In this document: positions 29,236 to 38,631 of the stretch, in pieces
Layout: each line of letters opens with the position of its first letter
How positions within the stretch are numbered: the first letter of the stretch is position 1
Assembly: GCA_000091205.1 (NCBI GenBank)
Contig: AP006497.2
DNA length: 64,000 nt
Reading direction: 5' to 3' (one strand)
From: Cyanidioschyzon merolae
Taxonomy: Eukaryota
Program-made: the position numbers and the translations under genes
Notes under the pieces: generated by a model
The model's database searches: none
The model's input: only the letters and a program-made list of their open reading frames with translations
Told to the model about the DNA's origin: nothing

Positions 29236-31647
29236 CTACGATCTCTTCCGCGACTTGCGACCACGATTTCGTTTTTGCCGGAAGATTTTCGGACGCAACA
29301 TGGCCATGGGCTTCCGTTTCGCCTTCTCTGCATTTGAGAGACCGCCAACCTTCTTGTGATGTCGATGAGGATCTCCGGAGTAACGTGGTCGGTCAAGACG
29401 ACCACGCTGCACAGATGCGAGGCGCTCTTCCAGACTCCGACGCCGGCGCTTAAACGCGGATTCCAAGCGCTGGGGACTCGCCGGACAGAATGGCTCTTCA
29501 AAGCGCACAACAGCGCTCTGCATGAAGGCCGCATTGGCGAGCGCACGATCCTCTTTGGTGCTGCATGATCTCAGTGCTTCCCGATCCGTCATCGCAATAT
29601 TGCCACCATCTGCCTGGGGTATATCATCATCGTCATCATCGTCATCGTCTTCAGGCGAATGCGGCATACGAGCATGCGGCAGGGTTCCACAAGGATCCAT
29701 CAGCGCGGTGTTGCGCGCTTCTGCATCCGCTGGACTCCTGCCGTCCGCCGACTGAACACCTACTGCAGTTTCTAACGATGCTGGCGGCAGCGTATGCCCC
29801 ATCGGATACAAGCTGCAGCGATCAGTCACAGGCGAAGACGACGACAAGGACAACCCATTCGTCTGCTCGGAAGAAGCCTCATCCGAAAATGCGTCACTTG
29901 CCAACGAATCTGGTGACATCGAGTCGTACTCCTGATCGCTTGTCGAGTCGTACTCGAGGTCTCCAGGTACACTCACATCTGCACGATGCTCTGAGCGTGC
30001 AGCATCCTTCAATTCCGTCCAGGACAACTCTGTGGCAGCATCACTGTCGTCTTCCGTGGCAACCACAGATGCAGTGCGATGCCGGCTATCTGCACTAGAC
30101 GCTGCATTCGCCGCTGCCACGGGCCGGCCCCGTTCGCGTCGAGGCAGCAACGCTGGCAACACCCGCCGATAGAGCTGGAGAACGCCACGAGCAGCCATCA
30201 TGATGCCCCGATCACGTGATTTTCGGTACTGCACCAGATCCTGGAGCAGAATCGAGTCCATGGCGTCTGGTACACGAGCACACAACTCCCGGATCGTATT
30301 CAAACCGATCGCAACGACTTCATCTGTACGACGATCGCTCACAAAGTAATGCGCCAGATGTCGGAGCAGGGGCGTAACCAGCTCGGCAGGCACATCCGCA
30401 TGTACTGCATCCACCAGCATCGCTAAAACACGCGTCACATGCTGCTGAGATGGCATCAGGTAACGCTGGAGTGCCGTATACAACAGGGGTACGCACTGGC
30501 GGCACGCGCCACTGCAGCGACAGGCCAACTGCAAGATCAACATTCTAAACTCAAATTTTTCCTGACGTGCTCCCAGTCGATGCAACAGACGCTCGATGAA
30601 ACGCTGCGGGTCGTACAACAGGGTCAGAGCAGGTGCATCGGACCCGGGATTCCCTCGTCGGGTATTCATCGGTGGGAATGAGGAAGCCCCCGGTGACGCC
30701 CCGTCCTCCGCGGTGTTGCGGAGCGCTCGTCGCAGTTCACGCTGAAAGCGTTGTTTCCGTCGACTTGATTTCTTCTGCGTCCGCTTGAAGCGTGTATTCA
30801 ACATCCGGAGCATACCGTCATCGGCGCTTGCTACGGACTTGCACGCTCGACTCTGAACTGCCTGTTGTTTCTCCGAGGGTGCCTCGTCGTCCGCCGATGT
30901 CGATTCCGCAGCGCTGTCGCTGTCGTCAGCACTGGATCGACCGGCTGCATCCGTCTCCAAAAGAAAGCGACAAGCCTGTGCTGCTACGCTAGTGTTCGAA
31001 TGAAAGCACGTATCTGCGACAAGCTGAATGAGTCTTGCGTCGGACTGCCACAGCCCAAGGCCATACGCTCGATAAAAGAGACGCAAGAGCGATTTTGCCA
31101 TCGATGCATCTGCCTCCGGTAGCACCCGTTGACAGACCTGTAAAAGTCTAGTCTTGATTTTCTCATGCAATGGACGCTGGTTACGCTGCGACCGTCGCAG
31201 CTCCGCGAGAACTTGCCCAAGCACAAGTCGCCGAAGTGTCTTGTCTTGGAAGCGCAGTAAGGCCACGTAGAGGTCGACTGCCGCCGTAGCCGTCAGAAAT
31301 GTTTCACCTTTTCGGTTTCGAAACCGGGTGACTGCTTGCACCAGTTCATAGCGGAGCGCTGCATGAAGCGTCGCTGCCCGTTCCGTGAGGAACTGAACGA
31401 GAAACTCAGCAACCGCTCGACACGCGTTCGGGTACGCTCCCGCAACCGTGGCCAGGAAAGCGACCAACTTGGTGAAGCGATCATGGCGAGCGCCAGGCTC
31501 CAGGGCCACAAGTGCTGCAAGCGTTTCAAACTGTTGGCGTTGAGCTGTAAACACTTCCTGGTAGGCGGCCGGATCGGCTAGGCAGCGACTCGCCAACAGG
31601 CTGAGGTCGGTGGCGAGCACTCGCTCAGTTTGACGCTGTCGAGACAT
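29236..31647 (-). CDS. SDA1: SDA1 ribosome-biogenesis / pre-60S export factor.
   Basis: The N terminus LSLLASRCLADPAAYQEVFTAQRQQFETL resembles the SDA1 N terminus (LP.LQNLIKRDP.SY.EEF..Q...F). It is followed by a long helical middle region, an acidic stretch (D9), and a basic C-terminal SDA1 tail ...SNAEKAKRKPMAMLRPKIFRQKRNRGRKSRKRS. The track start at 31725 is GTG. The first ATG is at 31647. Confidence 0.8.
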   Translation of the reverse strand: MSRQRQTERVLATDLSLLASRCLADPAAYQEVFTAQRQQFETLAALVALEPGARHDRFTKLVAFLATVAGAYPNACRAVAEFLVQFLTERAATLHAALRYELVQAVTRFRNRKGETFLTATAAVDLYVALLRFQDKTLRRLVLGQVLAELRRSQRNQRPLHEKIKTRLLQVCQRVLPEADASMAKSLLRLFYRAYGLGLWQSDARLIQLVADTCFHSNTSVAAQACRFLLETDAAGRSSADDSDSAAESTSADDEAPSEKQQAVQSRACKSVASADDGMLRMLNTRFKRTQKKSSRRKQRFQRELRRALRNTAEDGASPGASSFPPMNTRRGNPGSDAPALTLLYDPQRFIERLLHRLGARQEKFEFRMLILQLACRCSGACRQCVPLLYTALQRYLMPSQQHVTRVLAMLVDAVHADVPAELVTPLLRHLAHYFVSDRRTDEVVAIGLNTIRELCARVPDAMDSILLQDLVQYRKSRDRGIMMAARGVLQLYRRVLPALLPRRERGRPVAAANAASSADSRHRTASVVATEDDSDAATELSWTELKDAARSEHRADVSVPGDLEYDSTSDQEYDSMSPDSLASDAFSDEASSEQTNGLSLSSSSPVTDRCSLYPMGHTLPPASLETAVGVQSADGRSPADAEARNTALMDPCGTLPHARMPHSPEDDDDDDDDDIPQADGGNIAMTDREALRSCSTKEDRALANAAFMQSAVVRFEEPFCPASPQRLESAFKRRRRSLEERLASVQRGRLDRPRYSGDPHRHHKKVGGLSNAEKAKRKPMAMLRPKIFRQKRNRGRKSRKRS

Positions 31648-32016
31648 GCAGTGCAACCTAGCTGAGCAAGGAGCTATACTCCCTCGACACGATCGGGTGT
31701 TCCAGTAGAAGCGTACCTTGAACACCAGGCACGACTCGGCGAGCGCTTCCGCCTAGCGCGCTGCTCAGAGAACGACACACGAGAGGCGTCGTCTGCGACT
31801 CGCTGATAGAGGCCACCCGCGGGACCTCCTTCAACTTTGTGGTTGAGTGCCTGCACAGTTATGATTGAATGGTGATAAACGTTATTTCAGTGCTAAAGTG
31901 TTAGTGTTCCGAGTGCACCCGCAACGAGCGCTGCGAACGTTTTACGAAAGCCAATACCTTGTATATCAACGAACGCTGCAGCTCCATCGACGAGGCGTGC
32001 AACGGGTATGCCAACA

Positions 32017-32053
32017 GTGGTGCTGGTGCTGGTGCTGGTGCTGGTGCTGGTGC
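32017..32053. repeat. Hexanucleotide microsatellite (tggtgc) x about 6 in the divergent SDA1 / ABCD intergenic region.
   Basis: Direct reading: tggtgctggtgctggtgctggtgctggtgctggtgc. Confidence 0.9.
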
Positions 32054-32149
32054 AACGGGACTGGAACGTCTAGGTTTCAGGGGACACGAATGCACGTTCA
32101 TTAAACGTCTGTCCTTCCTGAACCGGGATACACTGTGAAAGCAAAAGCC

Positions 32150-34281
32150 ATGTCGAGGACCACAAGGCGTTCCAATAGACGCAAGTCCGAAGCGACTGTG
32201 CGGATCGCGTCTCCGCAGTCGACCCTTGTCAGAAGCAGTGCCACACCGAGTACTGGAAGCGACACCCAGCCTGATCGACAACGTACGCCCTCCATAACCA
32301 GCGATCGTACGCAAGAGACGTGCAAGGAAGCAGCACGCCGCTCGCAGCAGTGGAGCGACCTGCTCAACGTCATCAGCCTCTGTCTGGCAAAGCGAACAGA
32401 CCGGGTGCTCTGCTTCCTGGCGCTCCCGTTGACAGTTGTCGTTTCGCTGTGGCTGTCGCATCGGCTCGTAGTGCAAACAGCGGTTCTTTCTGCGGTGCTT
32501 TGGTCTCGCGATGTACAACGCATGCAGGATGAGCTGCGGCATCTACTGGTGCTGTCGCTCTGCCTCAGCGTCTGGCGTATCCTTCGTGCTGCCTTGAACG
32601 AGTTTATCGCGATTCGCTGGCGTAGGGCGCTCTCAGAAAAGCTCCATAGCATCCTGGTTGCACCAGCGAGGATTACGGCGGAGGTGTCGCAGTCGTCGTC
32701 CGACGAGCACAGGGAAGCAACGCGTCCATTGACGACTGGGCTGCATCGGGGTCGCTTTCCGCTGATGAGGATTGCGTCGGAGCGAGCCTGCTGCCAATTG
32801 TACGAACAAGTAACCACATCGAGTCTTCGTATGCTCAGCGTGGACCTGATTTCCCTCGTATCCGGAGGTACAGGCGGCGCTGGCGGTCTCGTGGAGAATG
32901 CCGGCACCGTGTTCTGGCAGTTTGCACGGACGTATCAGCGTCTGCCGCTTCTACCGCTGCTGTTGGGTCTCGGATTCGTGCTCGGCTCCTATACGCTAAT
33001 CTGGTTACTAGCGTTTCGGGTAGAGCGCGTCAATGTTCAGCTGGATGCGGCGGAAACTGCCCTGCGAACAGAGTACATGACGCTGGTGGAGCAGGCGGAG
33101 ACACACGCCCTGCACAGCTGCGGCTGTGATGCGTTACTGGCCCTGGAAACGCATGTAGACGCGTGCTGCCGTGGGATGCGTCAACTTGGGCTGTCGCGTC
33201 TCCCTCTGGTTTTCATGCAACACATCACGGGGTACGGTAGTGCGTGGTTGGCGTACGCTGCCGCCGTTGTTGTCGTCTTGAAGCGCGCTTCCAGCGACAT
33301 CGACGAGCATGGGATCGCTTCGGGTGCTAAGGAGGAGCTCATGCGCTGGACCTCGCAGTTTATCGCGGAGCTTTTGCAGCTGCTGGGCTCGCTTGTCGGT
33401 CTTCTGCAGCTATGCACCGACATGCGCGCTCATGCTCTGCAGGCGAACCGGGTGCTTTCGCTCTGCCGCCTGGTGCACACGCGACGCGTCGCGTAGGAGG
33501 CAGCGCCCGGCCGACTCCCGAAGCTTCGCAATCCTACCTGCTTCGACTCGAGCACGTCCATCTGTCGATACCCGGAAGCGAACGGCTTCTCCTCAGAGAC
33601 CTGACTCTACATGTACATCGTGGTGAGCACACGCTCATCGAGGCACCGAGCGGTGCTGGCAAGAGCGCCTTGGTGCGAGCGCTCCGCGGTAACTGGTAGT
33701 TCCAAGTGACCGCTGATCAGCGCCCGTACTGTTTGCAGCTCCCTCGCAGTGCACTGTTCCTGAATGAGGCGTCAGGATTGCACCCCGATCGTGTCGCTTT
33801 TCGACGATCCGAATACCTGGGATACGGCTGTGCTGGAAACCTGGGCCAATGCCTGGCTGGGAGCCACACAGCACCAGCAGATCCGGAACCTATGTGGAAC
33901 GCGCTTGCACAACTGGGACTCGCAACCCAGCTCCGCTGCACCGGAGACCTGGAAAGCAACATCCATTGGCACCAGCAGTTATCACGAGTCGCACGGGTTC
34001 AGCTCAGCGTTGCTCGCGTGCTCTATCAACGACCCGCGCTCGTTGTCATGGATGATGCACTGCACGCTGTGTACAGCTGTAACAACAACAACAATGGCAT
34101 GTGTGATAATATCGAGGGCTCTGCGGACGACCTGGCTACGATGCTGCTTCGGGCCTGTTTCGCGCAGGGGATTACCGTGCTCTACCTCCGTCCTCCTGCA
34201 GACAATTGGATGTATTTATTTAAGCAGCATTCCATGATTGATGCTCGCGGAAGGTTACGGAAGCGTTGCCTGCCCGCATGA
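32150..34281 (+). CDS. ABCD-type (peroxisomal-like) ABC half-transporter, TMD then NBD. The reading frame is interrupted, so it needs introns or is a pseudogene.
   Basis: The TMD in frame 2 (to 33496) has ABCD-like blocks (ALNEFIAIRWRRALSEKLHS and EAA-like TALRTEYMTLVEQAETHALHSCG). The NBD in frame 1 starts with Walker A LIEAPSGAGKSALVRALRGNW. An in-frame TAG follows at 33697-33699. After it come a QRPY block, a degenerate signature LSRVARVQLSVARVL, and a Walker B VVMDDA where D replaces the catalytic E. Confidence 0.5.
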
Positions 34282-34893
34282 CTTGCGTGGACGCTTTCTC
34301 AGCATCTCGCGGCAGCTGCTGACAGGTGCCAGTATCGACACCAGTCGCATGCTCCGGACTCGAGACCGCCGTCCCTGAAATACACCAGAAAAAAATCGCT
34401 TCCCTTCCCGACAAGTGTAAAGCGTATACACACAAGGCGGTAGTTGATGCCTCGCATTCGACGATGGAACGGTTTACCCGGTGAGATGCCGCCTGATACA
34501 CCAGGAAGCGTCGTTTTCCTTCGGTGCGATGCAAGCAGCGCGCTGCTCTCGTTAAATAGAGCACGAAACCTCCAGAGTGCGCGCATCACCTAGGCGATAA
34601 CGTGGTCTTTTTGATCCAGGGATACGTGAAAACTGCCCTATTTGAGGTCCAGTTGCGACCTGCCCAGTTTCCAGTGCAGTGTGTAGGCTCGAACAACCAC
34701 TGTGGTGTTCCCGGCCGACTTTTCACTCAGGCCTTCCCGAATCTTCCATTCATATTCATCTATCATACCATTTTTGATCTGAAGGGAAGCACCCCCTGAT
34801 ATCCATTGCACAGCTCAAACCAATCTGCCGGATTCGGGGAAAGGTCATCGCTTCGTACCGGAGCGTTGCTATTGGAATACTGGCACCGCTTGG

Positions 34894-34924
34894 GGTGGTG
34901 GTGGTGGTGGTGGTGGTGGTGGTG
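34894..34924. repeat. (ggt) x about 10 microsatellite just 3' of the tRNase Z stop codon.
   Basis: Direct reading: ggtggtggtggtggtggtggtggtggtggt. Confidence 0.9.
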
Positions 34925-34925
34925 C

Positions 34926-37334
34926 TCAGCCCTCTGAACTCGCCAACTCAGCGTCTAATTCGGAATCAGCAATCTCCAGCGGCTCCTCGAACTCGGATGC
35001 AAACTCCGTCAGCAGCCTCTGCAGGAACAGGGACACAACGTCGCTGTTCGCGACTGCCGGCGGTGTCGTCGTCAGGGTCCTGCTTCCCGCCTGTTCGCCG
35101 TCCTTCGAAAACCAAGGCAGACGCATCAGGTCCCAGGCCAGGAGACAAGAATTCGCCTTCAACCGCTGCTGAGTCTCTGCACTCGATATCAGCGGCAGCT
35201 TTGGATAGCGCTGCGAAAAGTGGGTCAATACTGCTCGCTGTGGCTGCATGCTCTCAATGGTACCCAGAGCTTGGCCAATGGTAGAGTGCTTGCGCAACAA
35301 TGCTTCCGCTTCCTTGCCGTCCTCGAAGGTTGCTTCGTGAATCACTAGTGTCGCTCCTCGTGCAGCTGCAATGAGACCCGCATCATACGGCAGCGTATCC
35401 CCGGAATAGACGAGCTTCCACGAAGCAGCAGCTGCAGCGTTATCGCTACTCCGCGCCGTACTTGGTGCGCTTGTTGGCACAGGAAGCGCTTGCTGCTCCT
35501 TAGAGCCGTTCTGATCCCAACCGGCTGCAAGCGCGCTCTCCAAGACCAGACCGTACGCCTCAGGGCAGTGATCCACCGGCAGCGTCCTCAGATGGATACC
35601 CAGCGTCTGTGGGAAATACTCACTCAATGGAGACGTATCCGATTGCAGCAACGCAGCATTATCCAGAAAAATGTACGACATGGGCTCGAGCTCCGCCAAT
35701 GCCTCCAGCCAACGTCCCAGCAGTCGTGGTCCGAGCACCATCAGCGGCATCATCGCTGTTCCGAGTCGCTCAGATTGCGGAAGTTCCCTCGCTAGTCGCG
35801 TCCGTAACGCGACCAACGAACCAACGCCCAGATGATGATCGGCATGCATATGAGATATCCATATGCAACGCACGCGGTGCAACAGCATCGCCTTGGCAGT
35901 ATCAAGCCCGACAGCTCGAACCAGTTGACCAAAAGTGCCTTCACCGGCGTCAAGGAAGAGTGCATGATCCACGAGATCCACGAGAATCGCGCTCACATTA
36001 CGATATCGACTGGGAAGTGCGCTGCCGGTTCCCAGAAACAACACGGAATACGTCTTGGAATCGTTGTTGCTTGACGTTCGCTTGAGGGTATCCGGCTCTC
36101 GGGGAACGTTCAACCTCGACCATCCATGGTTTGCAGCAGCGTGCGATTCGGGTAACGCCCAACCAAGTGTTGTTCGCGGGGCAGCGTTGAAACGCAGGAG
36201 CGGCTGCGCAAGCTGCCATGTCGCAGGCAGTGCCGACGTAGTACGGGCTCGTGGATCCGCTGGGGCCGTCCACGGCTCGAGAAACCAGTTCCAGTCTACG
36301 AATTTGAGTCGTTCGAGCATTGCCGCTTGGCCCCGGAAGGTGATACGCTGGTTACTGAACGATTCACAGGCCACTGAGTGGTACGCGTCCGCACCGAACA
36401 CGTCCAGAGCCCACTCCTGATATTGAGGATCGCTGAACACTTCCGCACAGAGGAAATGAAAGACGCATACTGGTCGTTTTTGTCTGTGCGTTGGCGTCGA
36501 TGCAGCAAGCCGCTGAAACCATTGCTTGAGACGTTGACGACCGCTGGGTGCCTGCATCTGTGATACCAGGTCCGGGGAGGAGGCACAGAGCATCACGAGG
36601 AGTGGTCCCGGACTCGAAGGTTCCATAACGTCAGTTGGATGCACTGTTCGGCGGGTTCCATCAGGTTGCTCCACTTCAATGGACTCGCCTCTCTGAAGTC
36701 GACCGTAGAGCGGCCCCCGAGGAATCCCCAAGGCTGCTGCACGCTCGGTCACAAAACGACCCTTCTGGTCAGCGACGCGTACTGCATATGTTACGAAAAT
36801 TCGCTCAGCGACTTCGTTCTTCGACGACGAGGATAGGGCTTCCGGAACCTCCTCATCTCGTCGTTCCCCGCAGTGTCGTTTCACTTGATCCTTTTGGGTG
36901 GCCAGTGAGCGCTGCAGCTGTTCATCGACAAGCCAAGGCAACGCATACACGGCAAACAAGGGATTCTGAACGAGCGGATCTGAAGGCTCGTCCTCGCCCA
37001 GTTCGTGAACATGCAGCGGATACTGGGGTCTACTGGCAAAGCGCTTCGCCGTGGAGAGGGTTTTCTCTAGTCCCCGCGGTGCGAACATCGTCAACCCTGC
37101 ATGCCCGGCATCCGCCAGGGAAAGCATCAGACCCAGGAATCCGGCGCAGGTGTCGGCATCCAGTCTACTGAGAAAAACATGGGACAGTTTTCCCAATCGC
37201 ACTTTATACTCAATGCAGAGTCGCTGGGTGCCTTCGCTGCAGTTAAAGAGCAGCCGACGCTCTTCCGAGTGGAATACCACCGACGCTGCCGCATCAGCAG
37301 CACCGTTCCCGAGCCACTCTGCAAACGCTCGCAT
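34926..37334 (-). CDS. ELAC2: tRNase Z, long form (ELAC2-like tRNA 3' endonuclease).
   Basis: The N-terminal pseudo-MBL half is ..LLFNCSEGTQRLC... The C-terminal metallo-beta-lactamase half carries the HxHxDH motif ISHMHADHHLG and the tRNase Z hallmark VLTHFSQRYPKLP. The track start at 37343 is TTG. The first ATG is at 37334. Confidence 0.85.
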   Translation of the reverse strand: MRAFAEWLGNGAADAAASVVFHSEERRLLFNCSEGTQRLCIEYKVRLGKLSHVFLSRLDADTCAGFLGLMLSLADAGHAGLTMFAPRGLEKTLSTAKRFASRPQYPLHVHELGEDEPSDPLVQNPLFAVYALPWLVDEQLQRSLATQKDQVKRHCGERRDEEVPEALSSSSKNEVAERIFVTYAVRVADQKGRFVTERAAALGIPRGPLYGRLQRGESIEVEQPDGTRRTVHPTDVMEPSSPGPLLVMLCASSPDLVSQMQAPSGRQRLKQWFQRLAASTPTHRQKRPVCVFHFLCAEVFSDPQYQEWALDVFGADAYHSVACESFSNQRITFRGQAAMLERLKFVDWNWFLEPWTAPADPRARTTSALPATWQLAQPLLRFNAAPRTTLGWALPESHAAANHGWSRLNVPREPDTLKRTSSNNDSKTYSVLFLGTGSALPSRYRNVSAILVDLVDHALFLDAGEGTFGQLVRAVGLDTAKAMLLHRVRCIWISHMHADHHLGVGSLVALRTRLARELPQSERLGTAMMPLMVLGPRLLGRWLEALAELEPMSYIFLDNAALLQSDTSPLSEYFPQTLGIHLRTLPVDHCPEAYGLVLESALAAGWDQNGSKEQQALPVPTSAPSTARSSDNAAAAASWKLVYSGDTLPYDAGLIAAARGATLVIHEATFEDGKEAEALLRKHSTIGQALGTIESMQPQRAVLTHFSQRYPKLPLISSAETQQRLKANSCLLAWDLMRLPWFSKDGEQAGSRTLTTTPPAVANSDVVSLFLQRLLTEFASEFEEPLEIADSELDAELASSEG

Positions 37335-37876
37335 CAAGAACAAGAGCTACCAACCGTTTCCAACGCGGACACTCACAGCACGCGTCCCGGAGAGTCGCTG
37401 CTGGCTCGGGTAGCGGTAGCCGCGTTAGACGCTAGTCCTGGTATGTCACCAGGCGAAGGTATCGCCGCAAAAAAAAACAACGTGCTACGCAGTCCACACA
37501 CCGTGTACTGTGAGCGCGGTTTGGGTGCTGGTCACTGTAAGGCGCGAAAATCCGGAGACTCGAGGAGCTGCTCCACAACCGCTAAACGAATGAGTACAGG
37601 GTGCGCCTCGTTGACAGCTGAGCCTTTCACCAAAGGCGCCCGCGTTCAAGCGACGTCCGGCGAGAGCGTTGTACACTTCCAGACAGAAACACCGTTCACT
37701 CGGCACTGTCGTCTGCACTTGCAATCCGGTCTAAAAGCGTCCCCGACTAACCAGAACCCTAACAAGAGACGCTGAGTGTGCCGGCAACGACGCCTTGCTG
37801 ACGACGTAGAGCCGTTGTATCGCCGCCGGCGTCCGCATTATAGGCGACGGACGTCGCAGCGATAGCCCTTAAGAGA

Positions 37877-38576
37877 CGTGATAAGAGGAAGGAGGTTACT
37901 TTCCCGACGGGGTATCCAAGTGAGGCCTGTTTGGGTACTGTGCCGGTTCATTGGACTCGATCAAGCATCGTGATAAGAGGAAGGAGGTTACTTTCCCGAC
38001 GGGGTATCCAAGTGAGGCTTGTTTGGGTACTGTACGTGTTCATTGGACTCGATCAAGCATCGTGATACGAGTGAGGAGGTTACTTTCCCGACGGGGTATC
38101 CAAGTGAGGCTTGTTTGGGTACTGTGCCGGTTCATTGGACTCGATCAAGCATCGTGATACGAGTGAGGAGGTTACTTTCCCGACGGGGTATCCAAGTGAG
38201 GCTTGTTTGGGTACTGTACGTGTTCATTGGACTCGATCAAGCATCGTGATAAGAGGAAGGAGGTTACTTTCCCGACGGGGTATCCAAGTGAGGCTTGTTT
38301 GGGTACTGTGCCGGTTCATTGGACTCGATCAAGCATCGTGATACGAGTGAGGAGGTTACTTTCCCGGCGGGGTATCCAAGTGAGGCTTGTTTGGGTACTG
38401 TACGTGTTCATTGGACTCGATCAAGCATCGTGATACGAGTGAGGAGGTTACTTTCCCGACGGGGTATCCAAGTGAGGCTTGTTTGGGTACTGTGCCGGTT
38501 CATTGGACTCGATCAAGCATCGTGATACGAGTGAGGAGGTTACTTTCCCGACGGGGTATCCAAGTGAGGCTTGTTC
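37877..38576. repeat. Minisatellite of 92 bp units x about 7.6, in two alternating unit variants, between tRNase Z and UTP10.
   Basis: Unit starts are at 37877, 37969, 38061, 38153, 38245, 38337, 38429 and 38521 (the last partial). The unit is cgtgata(a/c)gag(g/t)(a/g)aggaggttactttcccgacggggtatccaagtgaggcttgtttgggtactgt(gccg/acgt)gttcattggactcgatcaagcat. Confidence 0.9.
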
Positions 38577-38631
38577 AGGTGCCCTATCGATTATATCGTA
38601 TTCATCACGAATCTCTGCGGTCACTTGGAAC

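Noticed and set aside
33696-33749. A candidate 54 nt GT-AG mini-intron that would remove the in-frame TAG of the ABCD NBD.
   Set aside because: It would also delete the conserved QRPY block that aligns with ABCD proteins. It is kept only as an alternative inside the ABCD finding.
37877-38576. The regularly spaced 92 bp repeats were checked as a possible CRISPR array.
   Set aside because: The units are contiguous with no unique spacers. The locus is eukaryotic nuclear DNA between two eukaryotic genes, and there are no cas-like ORFs. It is a minisatellite.
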